Assembly (NCBI GenBank): GCA_963668025.2
Contig: CAXXTH010000010.1
Coordinates: forward strand, 1,088,001-1,152,000
DNA length: 64,000 nt
Direction: 5' to 3'
DNA from: Candidatus Hydrogenedentota bacterium
GTDB lineage: Bacteria; Hydrogenedentota; Hydrogenedentia; Hydrogenedentales; SLHB01
Position numbers and translations under genes: made by a program. The number at the start of each line of letters is the position of its first letter. Within the stretch, counting starts at the first letter, position 1. The notes under the pieces were generated by a model. That model saw nothing but the letters and a program-made list of their open reading frames with translations. It was not told the DNA's origin and ran no database searches. Below are positions 20,800-28,987 of this stretch, one piece after another.

Positions 20800-22158
20800 A
20801 TGGATGGGCTGAATGTCACAGTGGGTTTCACGGGCATATGGTTTAAGAACTTCTGGGGTTTCCGCCCGGAACTGTATGAAGAGAGAAAGACCGAGTTGGA
20901 AGCTTGGAGTTTGCGGCATGGCATCAACAGCCATCTCTCTTCCGGGCCCTTCCAGAATGCCGAAGAGGCGGTACTGGCTGCCAGAAAACTCAACGAATAC
21001 GCCGATGCGGTTCTACTGGATGTTGCAACATTCCCCGAAGGGAAAGCCGCGCAGGCCTTTGCGGAAACGTTATCGATTCCCTGCATTCTATGGAGCCGGC
21101 CCGAAACGAAGCACCAAACGCATCTCGGCCACAACAGCTTCTGTGGCGCCAACTTCATCAATTCAAACCTAGCCCTGCGGGGAATCCAAGTACGCCAGAT
21201 ATTCGGGGCTCTAGATTCTCCGGAGAACACGGCACGCCTGCGGACGGCCCTTCGTCTCATCGGAGCGGCCAAAGCTGTTCGCGGGGCCACCATAGCCTTG
21301 CTCGGTGAAGGCATTGTGCCCAAGTTCCACGATATTGATGTCACCGGGCAGAACCGTGAGGCGTTGAAGCAACGCTGGGGGATCACGTACGCCGACGTTC
21401 CCGTGGCGCATCTCCTTACCACGGCAAAGAGCCTGGAGCATGCTGAGGTCACAGAGAGAATGAAATCCTTCTCTATGGTTTTTCACGACTCTTCCCGCCA
21501 CGATTCGGAGCAACTGGAGCGCTTGGCACGGCTTGCGCTGGCCGTACGGCGTTTGGCTGACCATGAAGGATATGCGGCCGCGGCCGTTCGCTGTTGGCCG
21601 GAACTCCAGTCCATGTACGGCATCTACCCATGCGCTGCGGTCGCCATGCTGAACCAATTGGGATTGCCTTGCGCATGTGAAGGCGATCCCGGAGGAGCCC
21701 TGGATATGCTCCTTCTTTCTCAGTTGATGGGCAGCCCGTCAACGTTGTTGGACGTGGTTGACTGGCACGATGATCGCGAGTCTATGACTATCTGGCATTG
21801 CGGGCCCACAGCCCCGGAATGGGCGGACGAAAAAGGAACACGCCTGGTGGGGCACTGTGTCTATGGTTCTAAGGATGACGGTGGACCAGCACAAGGCCCG
21901 CTGGGTAACGCGGATATGGCCTTCAAGGCCGGACCTGTCACGCTACTCCGTACCCTGGGGGGGCTAGACGACGAGTTCATCATTGAGGGCGAGCTTGTTC
22001 CGCCTGGGGAACGGGACATAACCGGATCCTGCGGCGTTGTGGAACAGATGCAATCCTACGCAAGGCCCGTTACTGGGGCCGCCGTCCGGCACGAGATCAT
22101 GTCTCGCCGCCTGCCTCATCATTTTACTGCCGTTCGAGGGCATCTTTCACGAACGTAA
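20800..22158 (+). CDS. L-fucose/D-arabinose isomerase-family protein
   Basis: NSFCGA, AVRCWPE, ACEGD..GA, WHCG, PHH motifs. RBS-like GAGAGGA before 20800; ORF is open from 20728. Confidence 0.85.
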   Translation: MDGLNVTVGFTGIWFKNFWGFRPELYEERKTELEAWSLRHGINSHLSSGPFQNAEEAVLAARKLNEYADAVLLDVATFPEGKAAQAFAETLSIPCILWSRPETKHQTHLGHNSFCGANFINSNLALRGIQVRQIFGALDSPENTARLRTALRLIGAAKAVRGATIALLGEGIVPKFHDIDVTGQNREALKQRWGITYADVPVAHLLTTAKSLEHAEVTERMKSFSMVFHDSSRHDSEQLERLARLALAVRRLADHEGYAAAAVRCWPELQSMYGIYPCAAVAMLNQLGLPCACEGDPGGALDMLLLSQLMGSPSTLLDVVDWHDDRESMTIWHCGPTAPEWADEKGTRLVGHCVYGSKDDGGPAQGPLGNADMAFKAGPVTLLRTLGGLDDEFIIEGELVPPGERDITGSCGVVEQMQSYARPVTGAAVRHEIMSRRLPHHFTAVRGHLSRT

Positions 22159-22239
22159 GCAGGACCACACCAACGAACACGAAACTGCAGAACTCCTCCT
22201 CCTCATCCTCCTACGTTTCGGGCATATGTCCAGATATAA

Positions 22240-22282
22240 AACGAATAGGCGAGTTTCCGGATAGGAGACTCGCCTATTCGTT
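22240..22282. other. Long hairpin (15-bp perfect stem) at the left edge of a DUF1670-like remnant
   Basis: AACGAATAGGCGAGT(TTCC)...(GGAG)ACTCGCCTATTCGTT. Confidence 0.7.
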
Positions 22283-22318
22283 GCGTTCTGTCGTGCTCAA
22301 CCCACAGGAAGCAATACC

Positions 22319-22589
22319 ATGGATAAACGTAGCATGAGCATCCGAGATGCGCAATCCCAACGGATGGCGATGAAGCGGCAAAGTGCCCGCATGCTCACCG
22401 AGGCGATGGTTGGGGCGGGGCTATCGAAATGTGAAGTACAAGCACTGGTCAATTGTGTCGAGAAGCTGCATTTCTCGGCTCCGGAACTGGCCCCGGTGCG
22501 CGATGGCCAGATGCGGTACAGTTGCGTGCGGAGTGATGAAAGGCCGGAAAAGCCACTTTCGGAATGCCGGAGGATTTCGGTAACGTTGA
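22319..22589 (+). pseudogene. Truncated N-terminus of a DUF1670-like protein
   Basis: GLSKCEVQALV..VRDGQMRYSCV..E...KPLSECRRISVTLT resembles DUF1670 N-termini from recall. The ORF runs into the duplicated segment at 22590. Confidence 0.5.
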
Positions 22590-23096
22590 CCTTTTGTGGT
22601 GAAACTGTTCATGGGCGTAGTTCCTATCTCCAGTAGCTTTCGATGCGTCAAAGACATTGTCCGGAAAGATGTTTCGACCATCGTGATCGAAGGAAAGGCA
22701 GACGAACGCATCGAAGTGCCGCGTAAAGTCGATTTCCTCAAAAAATGATGCGAGCGAGACTGGAAGCCGTTTTTTTATGGGATCCACGCTTTCACGGCAT
22801 TTCCTGTGGCGTGAATGCCATGATTTATACATTAGTTTACCATAAAGTGACATAATATTTCATGTGAATCAGGCATTATGTTCGATTACGCAAAGTGGTT
22901 GACGTTATATGATATAAAGTGATATTATATGTTAAAAGTAAGGCGGATTTTGCCAGTTGAAAGGAGGTTCATGGTGGTTCCTACGAACACCACAATCGAT
23001 GTGAACATGGCACAGGGCGCGGCATGGGAATTACAGCCCTTCGAGCAGCTCAATATGGAGATCCGGGCGAAGTTCTGTTTGTTGAAAACTCAATAT
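22590..23096 (+). repeat. Duplicated segment copy B (contiguous version of 4741-5112 + 8658-8797); includes a 3' remnant of the mutarotase-like gene at 22590-22748
   Basis: Direct alignment; junction ...GGATTTTGCCA-G-TTGAAAGGAGGTTCATGG is contiguous here. Confidence 0.95.
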
Positions 23097-23972
23097 CCGG
23101 AACGGCTTGCCCGCCGGATTGATTTGTCTTGGAGCAACTGGATGTTCGGGCGGGAGAGTCTCCAAACATCCGTGCAGCGCCTCGCAAGGGCGGGCGTCTC
23201 CTTTATCGAGTTGCATGGCAATCATTATGGGCCAGGCCAAGGGTATGAGCCAAAAGAGACCATCCAAATTCTGTCGGAGCATGGCGTCGCCGTGTCCGGC
23301 ATTTGTGGGATGTTCTCCATGGAAAATGATCTTTCGAGTCCTTCCCCACAGGTGCGCCAGAACGCAATCGACTATATCGAGCGCGAGCTGGAGTTCGGTG
23401 AAGCCGTTAAAGCCGGATATTTATTGGTTGTGCCCGGCGCAGTGGGCAGGCCCAATGCATACGATGAGGGCGAATTCGCGCGTTCCACCTCTGCTCTTCG
23501 GGAGATTGGAGATGTTTTTGTATCTCATGGCGTCAAGGGAGCCATCGAGCCTATCCGTTCAGCGGAGGTGAGCTTCTGCCACACCATAGCGGAAGCCAAG
23601 CGATACATCGAGGCCGTGGGGCATCCAGGTGTGCAGCACATTAACGGCGACCTTTACCATATGCAGAGCGAGGAAAGCCACATCGGGCAGGCGATTCTGG
23701 ATGCGGGCGGCCATCTGCTCAATCTGCATGCGGCCGACAGCAATCGATGCGCCTTGGGCGATGGATTCATGGACCTTGATACTGTTATCATGGCCCTCTA
23801 CATTATTGGATACAACAGGCCGGGGTGCTTCTTGACTCCAGAACCGCTTGGGCCTGGCGGCGATCCATATCCCGCCATGCATGCCGGGCATGATCCAGCA
23901 AAACTGGATGAACTCGTTCAGAGGTCAGTGAATCACTTCCGCCATCGTGAAGCGCTAGTGCTGCAAATGTGA
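22971..23972 (+). CDS. Sugar phosphate isomerase/epimerase (xylose-isomerase-like TIM barrel; D-psicose/D-tagatose 3-epimerase-like)
   Basis: RBS GAAAGGAGG; IEPIRSAE, GDLYHM, HAADSNR..LGDG..D, and EP metal-binding motifs. Confidence 0.85.
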   Translation: MVVPTNTTIDVNMAQGAAWELQPFEQLNMEIRAKFCLLKTQYPERLARRIDLSWSNWMFGRESLQTSVQRLARAGVSFIELHGNHYGPGQGYEPKETIQILSEHGVAVSGICGMFSMENDLSSPSPQVRQNAIDYIERELEFGEAVKAGYLLVVPGAVGRPNAYDEGEFARSTSALREIGDVFVSHGVKGAIEPIRSAEVSFCHTIAEAKRYIEAVGHPGVQHINGDLYHMQSEESHIGQAILDAGGHLLNLHAADSNRCALGDGFMDLDTVIMALYIIGYNRPGCFLTPEPLGPGGDPYPAMHAGHDPAKLDELVQRSVNHFRHREALVLQM

Positions 23973-24032
23973 GCGGCTTTAATAGTAAAAATATCCCATG
24001 GCGTAATAGATAGATGTTTTAAGGTAGCCAAT

Positions 24033-26519
24033 TTGATGCAGCAGAAATCCTGTTTTTTACTTGCGGACATTCATAAGCGCTTTGGAGGAGTGCCCGCGCT
24101 TCAGGGAGCGCGGCTTGAGATTCGGAGTGGGGAAGTGCATGGCCTTGTGGGCGAGAACGGGGCCGGCAAGAGCACGCTGATCAATATCGCTACAGGCCTG
24201 TTTCGTCCGGATTCTGGAACGATATCCATGGATGGACAGCCTGTGGCCTTCACTACGCCGCGCCAAGCCGCCGCGCATGGCGTCGCCGTAGTGCATCAAG
24301 AAGCGGATTTGTTCGCGGAGCTCAGCGTCGCGGAGAATATGCTGTTGTCCCGGGGCCTTGTTCGAGGCGGATCGGGCTTGATCCGTTGGCCAGCCACGTA
24401 TAAAGAGGCCGAACGCGAAGTAGCGGCGCTGGGTGAGCGGTTCAATGTCCGGGCATCGGCGGGTGATCTTTCCGTGGCGCGCCGGATGATGGCGGAGATT
24501 GCCGCGGCGGTATCGGAAAACGCACGCGTGTTGTTCCTGGATGAGCCCACCGCTTCGCTGACGCAAAAAGAAATAGAAAACCTGTTCGCTCACATCCGAA
24601 GGCTCCGCGAGAGCGGCGTCGGCATCGTATATGTTAGCCATCGCCTGGAGGAAATACTCGATATTTGCGACCGTATTACGGTGATGCGGGACGGCAAACC
24701 GGTTGCCTGCGCGCCGGTTTCGGAATGGACGATGGATAGCATGGTCTCGGCGATGGTGGGGCGAGCGGCGTCGGGATTCTCCCCCAAAACGGCCGTGCCG
24801 CCCGGCGACACACGGCTCGCGATTGAAGGGGCGGCTTCTGCCAAGGGGCGGTTCCATGACATCGCGCTGAGCGTGCGGGCTGGAGAAATTGTAGGGCTGT
24901 ATGGATTTGTTGGCGCGGGCCGCAGTGAGTTGGGACAGGCCCTTTTCGGCTTGCATCCAATGAATGCAGGCAAAATCCGTATTGATGGGCGTGAAGCCGC
25001 CATTCGTTCCCCTCGAGACGCGCTTGCCCACGGGATCGCCTATCTGCCCGAAGACCGGCTGGTTCAGGGGATTTTCCAAACCCACTCGCTGCGAACGAAT
25101 GCGAGCATCGCCTGTCTGCGCCGCTTATCGACGTGCGGCTGGATACATGCGGAACGCGAATCGAGCCTTGCGGAACGCGTCATTAATGAAATGAATGTGC
25201 GTGCTGAAACGATGGAACAGCCTATCGAGACGCTCAGCGGGGGCAATCAGCAAAAGGTGGTGTTCGGACGCTGGCAAGCGGTGTCGCCTAAGGTGCTGAT
25301 TTTGGATGAACCGACCCGGGGCGTGGATGTAGGTGCGAAGGCTGAGATCCATAAGCTCATCAGCAATATGGCGGGCGGAGGAGCGGCAGTGCTCCTGATC
25401 AGTTCCGAGTTGCCCGAGATCATGGCTATGAGCGATAGGGTCGCCACCATTTCCGAGGGCCGCCTTACAGGCATCTTTACACCGAGCGTCCATGGGGAAA
25501 AAGCCATCGCCGCCGCCGCCGTGCCCAAAGCGGGCGGCAATGGAAATGCCGTGAAGCCGTCACGGAGCCAGTTCATGCGGCTGTTGCAATTCCGCGAAGG
25601 GGGCCTTCTTGCCTTTATTCTGGCTCTTGCCGCCGTTATGGCCGTGCTGAAGCCCGCGGAATTTGCGAATGCGACAAACCTTTTCGATATCCTCGCCAGC
25701 GCCGCATTGCCCGCTATCGTTGCACAGGGGATGATGCTTATCATCTGCGCTGGGGGGATTGACATTTCCGTGGGCTCGATGCTGGGCTTGGTGGCGGCAG
25801 TGGCGGCGCTGGCGGCCAAGGGAGGCGTTCCCGTCCCGGCGTGTCTTGCGCTGGCCGTGGTGAGTGGTGTGGCGCTGAGCATGCTCAATGCCGCTACATC
25901 CCTGGTGGCGCGCATCCACCCGATCATCGTGACACTGGCGGGATTAAGCATATACCGGGGCCTGATGCGTATCGTGACCGGCGGTAGCGAAGTGATGCAA
26001 TTGCCCCCAGGATACCGGGCCGTGGCGGACGGGCGGTTGTTCGGGCTGCCGAAGATTTGTTATTTCGTAGTTATAATTACCATTGTGGTCCATATTTTTC
26101 TGCGGTATACGCTGTGGGGGCGGCGCGTGCTGGCGCTTGGCAATTCCGAAAAGGCCGCCCGCCTGATCGGCCTGTCCAAGGTGCGGCTCACCATGCTCGT
26201 GTTTGGGATCTCGGGGGCGCTGGTCGGTTTGGCGTCCGTATTGACGCCTGCCTATTACGGGACGGTTCAAGCCAATACCGGCGAAGGCATGGAGCTCCAG
26301 GCCATCGCAGCGGCGGTCATCGGCGGCACCAGTATTCTGGGCGGGCGGGGCTCGGCGCTCGGCACCTTGTTAGGTGCGTTTCTCGTGGCGCTGCTGTACA
26401 ACATCCTGATCTTGCTGGAGGCAAGCTCGTATTGGCAGAGCACGTTCATGGGCCTTCTGATCCTGGCCGCTTTGTTGATGGATATGCTCGTGCAGCGTGC
26501 GCGAAGGAGGCAGCTATGA
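24033..26519 (+). CDS. Fused monosaccharide ABC transporter ATP-binding protein (two NBDs) + permease (CUT2 family)
   Basis: GENGAGKST, DEPT, PEDR, LSGGNQQK, then in frame a permease (GGIDISVGS, ELQAIAAAVIGGTSILGGRGS). Confidence 0.9.
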   Translation: MMQQKSCFLLADIHKRFGGVPALQGARLEIRSGEVHGLVGENGAGKSTLINIATGLFRPDSGTISMDGQPVAFTTPRQAAAHGVAVVHQEADLFAELSVAENMLLSRGLVRGGSGLIRWPATYKEAEREVAALGERFNVRASAGDLSVARRMMAEIAAAVSENARVLFLDEPTASLTQKEIENLFAHIRRLRESGVGIVYVSHRLEEILDICDRITVMRDGKPVACAPVSEWTMDSMVSAMVGRAASGFSPKTAVPPGDTRLAIEGAASAKGRFHDIALSVRAGEIVGLYGFVGAGRSELGQALFGLHPMNAGKIRIDGREAAIRSPRDALAHGIAYLPEDRLVQGIFQTHSLRTNASIACLRRLSTCGWIHAERESSLAERVINEMNVRAETMEQPIETLSGGNQQKVVFGRWQAVSPKVLILDEPTRGVDVGAKAEIHKLISNMAGGGAAVLLISSELPEIMAMSDRVATISEGRLTGIFTPSVHGEKAIAAAAVPKAGGNGNAVKPSRSQFMRLLQFREGGLLAFILALAAVMAVLKPAEFANATNLFDILASAALPAIVAQGMMLIICAGGIDISVGSMLGLVAAVAALAAKGGVPVPACLALAVVSGVALSMLNAATSLVARIHPIIVTLAGLSIYRGLMRIVTGGSEVMQLPPGYRAVADGRLFGLPKICYFVVIITIVVHIFLRYTLWGRRVLALGNSEKAARLIGLSKVRLTMLVFGISGALVGLASVLTPAYYGTVQANTGEGMELQAIAAAVIGGTSILGGRGSALGTLLGAFLVALLYNILILLEASSYWQSTFMGLLILAALLMDMLVQRARRRQL

Positions 26520-27547
26520 ATAGCCCATCCTATGCGCTCCGGGTGTTGCGCCAAATGCTGTTATCGCGGGAAATGGCTTTGTTTGGCCTTCTTGCGGTGT
26601 TGTTTATAGGTTTCGCCTTGTTCGTCGAGGGCTTTCTGGATGCATACAACCTGTTCGAGCGGAGCCGCTACTGGGTGATTCCGGGCTTGGTAGCCATTCC
26701 GATGACCTTTGTTATTGCGACATCCGGCATTGACCTTTCGGTGGGCTCGATTGTGGCCATGTGCAGCATGGCGTTGGGCCTGCTGTATAATGACGCGCAT
26801 TGGCCGATTGCCGCCGCGGCCTTGGCGGCTGTGCTGGCGGGATTTGGAGCAGGCGCTTTCAACGGCGTAGCGAGCAGTTATCTGCGCATTCCGCCATTGG
26901 TGGCGACGCTTGCGACGATGGCCTTGTTCCGGGGCGTTGCCATGGGATTCAGCCAGGCGCGCTCGATCAGCAATTTCCCCGATGCGTTCCAGTGGCTGAG
27001 CCAAGGCGATCTCTTTGCCATTCCGATTTCTGGCGCCGGAAAGGTGTATGTGCCCGCACCCGTGCTGGCGCTCTTGCTGGCCACGGCGGCGGGATGGATC
27101 ATCTTGCGGCGTACTTGGATAGGCCGGTTTACGGAATGCATCGGAGCGAATGAGACCGCTGCCGAATTCGCCGCGGTGAATGTCCGTGGTTTGAAATGTG
27201 CGTTGTATGCCGCAATGGGAGGCGTATGCGGAATCGCGGCGCTTTTTAACACCGCACTGTATAATACGGCTAAAGCGGATGCGGCCATGGGCCTGGAACT
27301 TGAAGCCATCGCGTGCGTAGTGGTCGGAGGAACCTGTGTCAATGGCGGGCGGGGTTCCATAATAGGCTCCTTTTTGGGGCTTCTTGTGATAGGCATACTT
27401 AGATATGGTCTGGAAATGGCCGGGATGAAGTCCCAGCATGTCGTGATATTGGTTGGATTGCTGCTCATCGCAACGGCGGTATCAAACGAATGGATGGCGG
27501 GCGCTTCGCGCCGGACCTTCCGTTCACGTAAAGGAGCACACACATGA
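26516..27547 (+). CDS. Monosaccharide ABC transporter permease
   Basis: Start MNSPSY with RBS AGGAGG overlapping the upstream stop; GIDLSVGS, ELEAIACVVVGG..GGRGS. Confidence 0.9.
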   Translation: MNSPSYALRVLRQMLLSREMALFGLLAVLFIGFALFVEGFLDAYNLFERSRYWVIPGLVAIPMTFVIATSGIDLSVGSIVAMCSMALGLLYNDAHWPIAAAALAAVLAGFGAGAFNGVASSYLRIPPLVATLATMALFRGVAMGFSQARSISNFPDAFQWLSQGDLFAIPISGAGKVYVPAPVLALLLATAAGWIILRRTWIGRFTECIGANETAAEFAAVNVRGLKCALYAAMGGVCGIAALFNTALYNTAKADAAMGLELEAIACVVVGGTCVNGGRGSIIGSFLGLLVIGILRYGLEMAGMKSQHVVILVGLLLIATAVSNEWMAGASRRTFRSRKGAHT

Positions 27548-28590
27548 AAAAGAGAATTCTGTTGACGGTGGCGGCTATTTCTTTGGTCTTTAGCCTGGCT
27601 TCTTGCGGAAAACAGGCGGCTCCCGTCTCGGAGACGCCCAAAGCGAAAGACGCCCCGCCCACGGCGGCAGCCACGAAAACCCTCAAGATCGGCGTCATGC
27701 CCAAGCTGATCGGCATAGACTTCTTTAACGCGACCGAAGTAGGGGCACGCAAGGCAGGAGAAGAACTCGGCGTCGAGGTGGATTTCGATGGCCCCGTTAC
27801 GAGCGATGTCCAGCTCCAGGCCCAGATGCTCGAAACCTGGATCGCCAAAAAATACGACGCCATCGCCATTGCGCCAAACGATAAATCCGCCATCGCGCCG
27901 GTCCTCGAAAAGGCCCGCAAACGCGGCATTGCTGTTGTCTCATGGGACGCCGACGCGCTCCCCGAAGCCCGCGACTTTTTTGTGAACCAGTGCTCGGCGG
28001 CCAGCGTGGCGAAGGCGTTGATGGATGCGATGGCCGAAGGCGCGGGCCCGGACGCCAAGTATGTCATTATCACAGGCACGCTCACCGCGGACAATCAGAA
28101 CATTTGGATGGCTGAGATGGAGAAGTATCGCAGCGAGAAATATCCTCAAATGACCAACCTCTCCGAAACTCCTAAAGCGCCCGGCGAGGATCAGGCCATG
28201 GCCACGCAAGCGGCTGCCGATTGCCTCAAAACCTATCCCGATTTGAACGGCATATTCGCCATTACGACCGTGGCGCTGCCCGGTGCGGCCGAGGCCATTC
28301 GCAAGGCGGGAGCCACCGGCAAGGTGTTCCTTACAGGCATATCCACCCCAAAAATGATGAAAGAATACGTGCTCGATGGCACCGTCGAGAAGGTGGTGCT
28401 GTGGAACCCCGTGGACTTGGGCTATCTCGCCGTGCAAACCGCCGTGGCGGCAGCCCGGGGCGAGTTAAAGCCCGGCGCGGCGTCACTCAAAGCGGGCCAT
28501 CTGGGCGAAGTCAAAGTCGATGGCAGCGTAGTCATCCTCGGCGACCCGATTATATTTGATCGGACCAATATCGAAGCGGCCAATTTTTAG
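27544..28590 (+). CDS. ABC substrate-binding lipoprotein, RhaS/LsrB-like
   Basis: Lipobox LASC; MPKLIGIDFF, LWNPVDLGYLA, and FDRTNIEAANF end typical of the rhamnose/AI-2 SBP group. Confidence 0.88.
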   Translation: MKKRILLTVAAISLVFSLASCGKQAAPVSETPKAKDAPPTAAATKTLKIGVMPKLIGIDFFNATEVGARKAGEELGVEVDFDGPVTSDVQLQAQMLETWIAKKYDAIAIAPNDKSAIAPVLEKARKRGIAVVSWDADALPEARDFFVNQCSAASVAKALMDAMAEGAGPDAKYVIITGTLTADNQNIWMAEMEKYRSEKYPQMTNLSETPKAPGEDQAMATQAAADCLKTYPDLNGIFAITTVALPGAAEAIRKAGATGKVFLTGISTPKMMKEYVLDGTVEKVVLWNPVDLGYLAVQTAVAAARGELKPGAASLKAGHLGEVKVDGSVVILGDPIIFDRTNIEAANF

Positions 28591-28605
28591 AATATCGCCA
28601 AATGA

Positions 28606-28636
28606 AATGGAGCCTTCCTGATTGGAAGGCTCCATT
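28606..28636. terminator. Hairpin between convergent genes (likely bidirectional terminator)
   Basis: AATGGAGCCTTCC-TGATT-GGAAGGCTCCATT, perfect 13-bp stem. Confidence 0.7.
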
Positions 28637-28721
28637 CGCATTTGTAGCGATGGCGTATCATCATTCTCCCTGTGTTGGCCGGACAGGGCATGGAATTGAT
28701 CGGGTGATTGCCAATGAGCGG

Positions 28722-28874
28722 TTACGCTTCTTTTTCCATAATCATATCGACGAGTTTGTAGATGCTTGTTGCAACCGCTACGCCAGCGCCCAGATTCGAC
28801 AGCCACTGGGCTTTCGCCAGCAGATTTTCAGCTTGCGCGGGAGCTTCTTTGGAAATGATCGCCATGTGCTTCAT
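28722..28874 (-). CDS. Small 50-aa peptide of unknown function
   Basis: RBS TAGGAG 7 nt before ATG 28874; MKHMAIISKEAPAQAENLLAKAQWLSNLGAGVAVATSIYKLVDMIMEKEA; lies between porin stop and terminator. Confidence 0.55.
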   Translation of the reverse strand: MKHMAIISKEAPAQAENLLAKAQWLSNLGAGVAVATSIYKLVDMIMEKEA

Positions 28875-28987
28875 CGTGTTTCTCCTATGTGCTTTTGTTT
28901 TCATTTTCATGCCTCGCCGCCAGTGTATGCCAAAACTGTTCATTTCGCTATATTTTTCCACTGTTGGCCTAGGCCGCGCCGTTTTCA

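Noticed and set aside
26057-26515. N-terminal extension of the 496-aa permease ORF
   Set aside because: Overlaps the upstream fused gene in another frame; the real start is ATG 26516 with RBS.
27544-28590. Calling the importer an AI-2 (lsr) quorum-sensing system
   Set aside because: No lsrK/lsrR/lsrF/lsrG nearby; the context is sugar catabolism, so the substrate is left unassigned.
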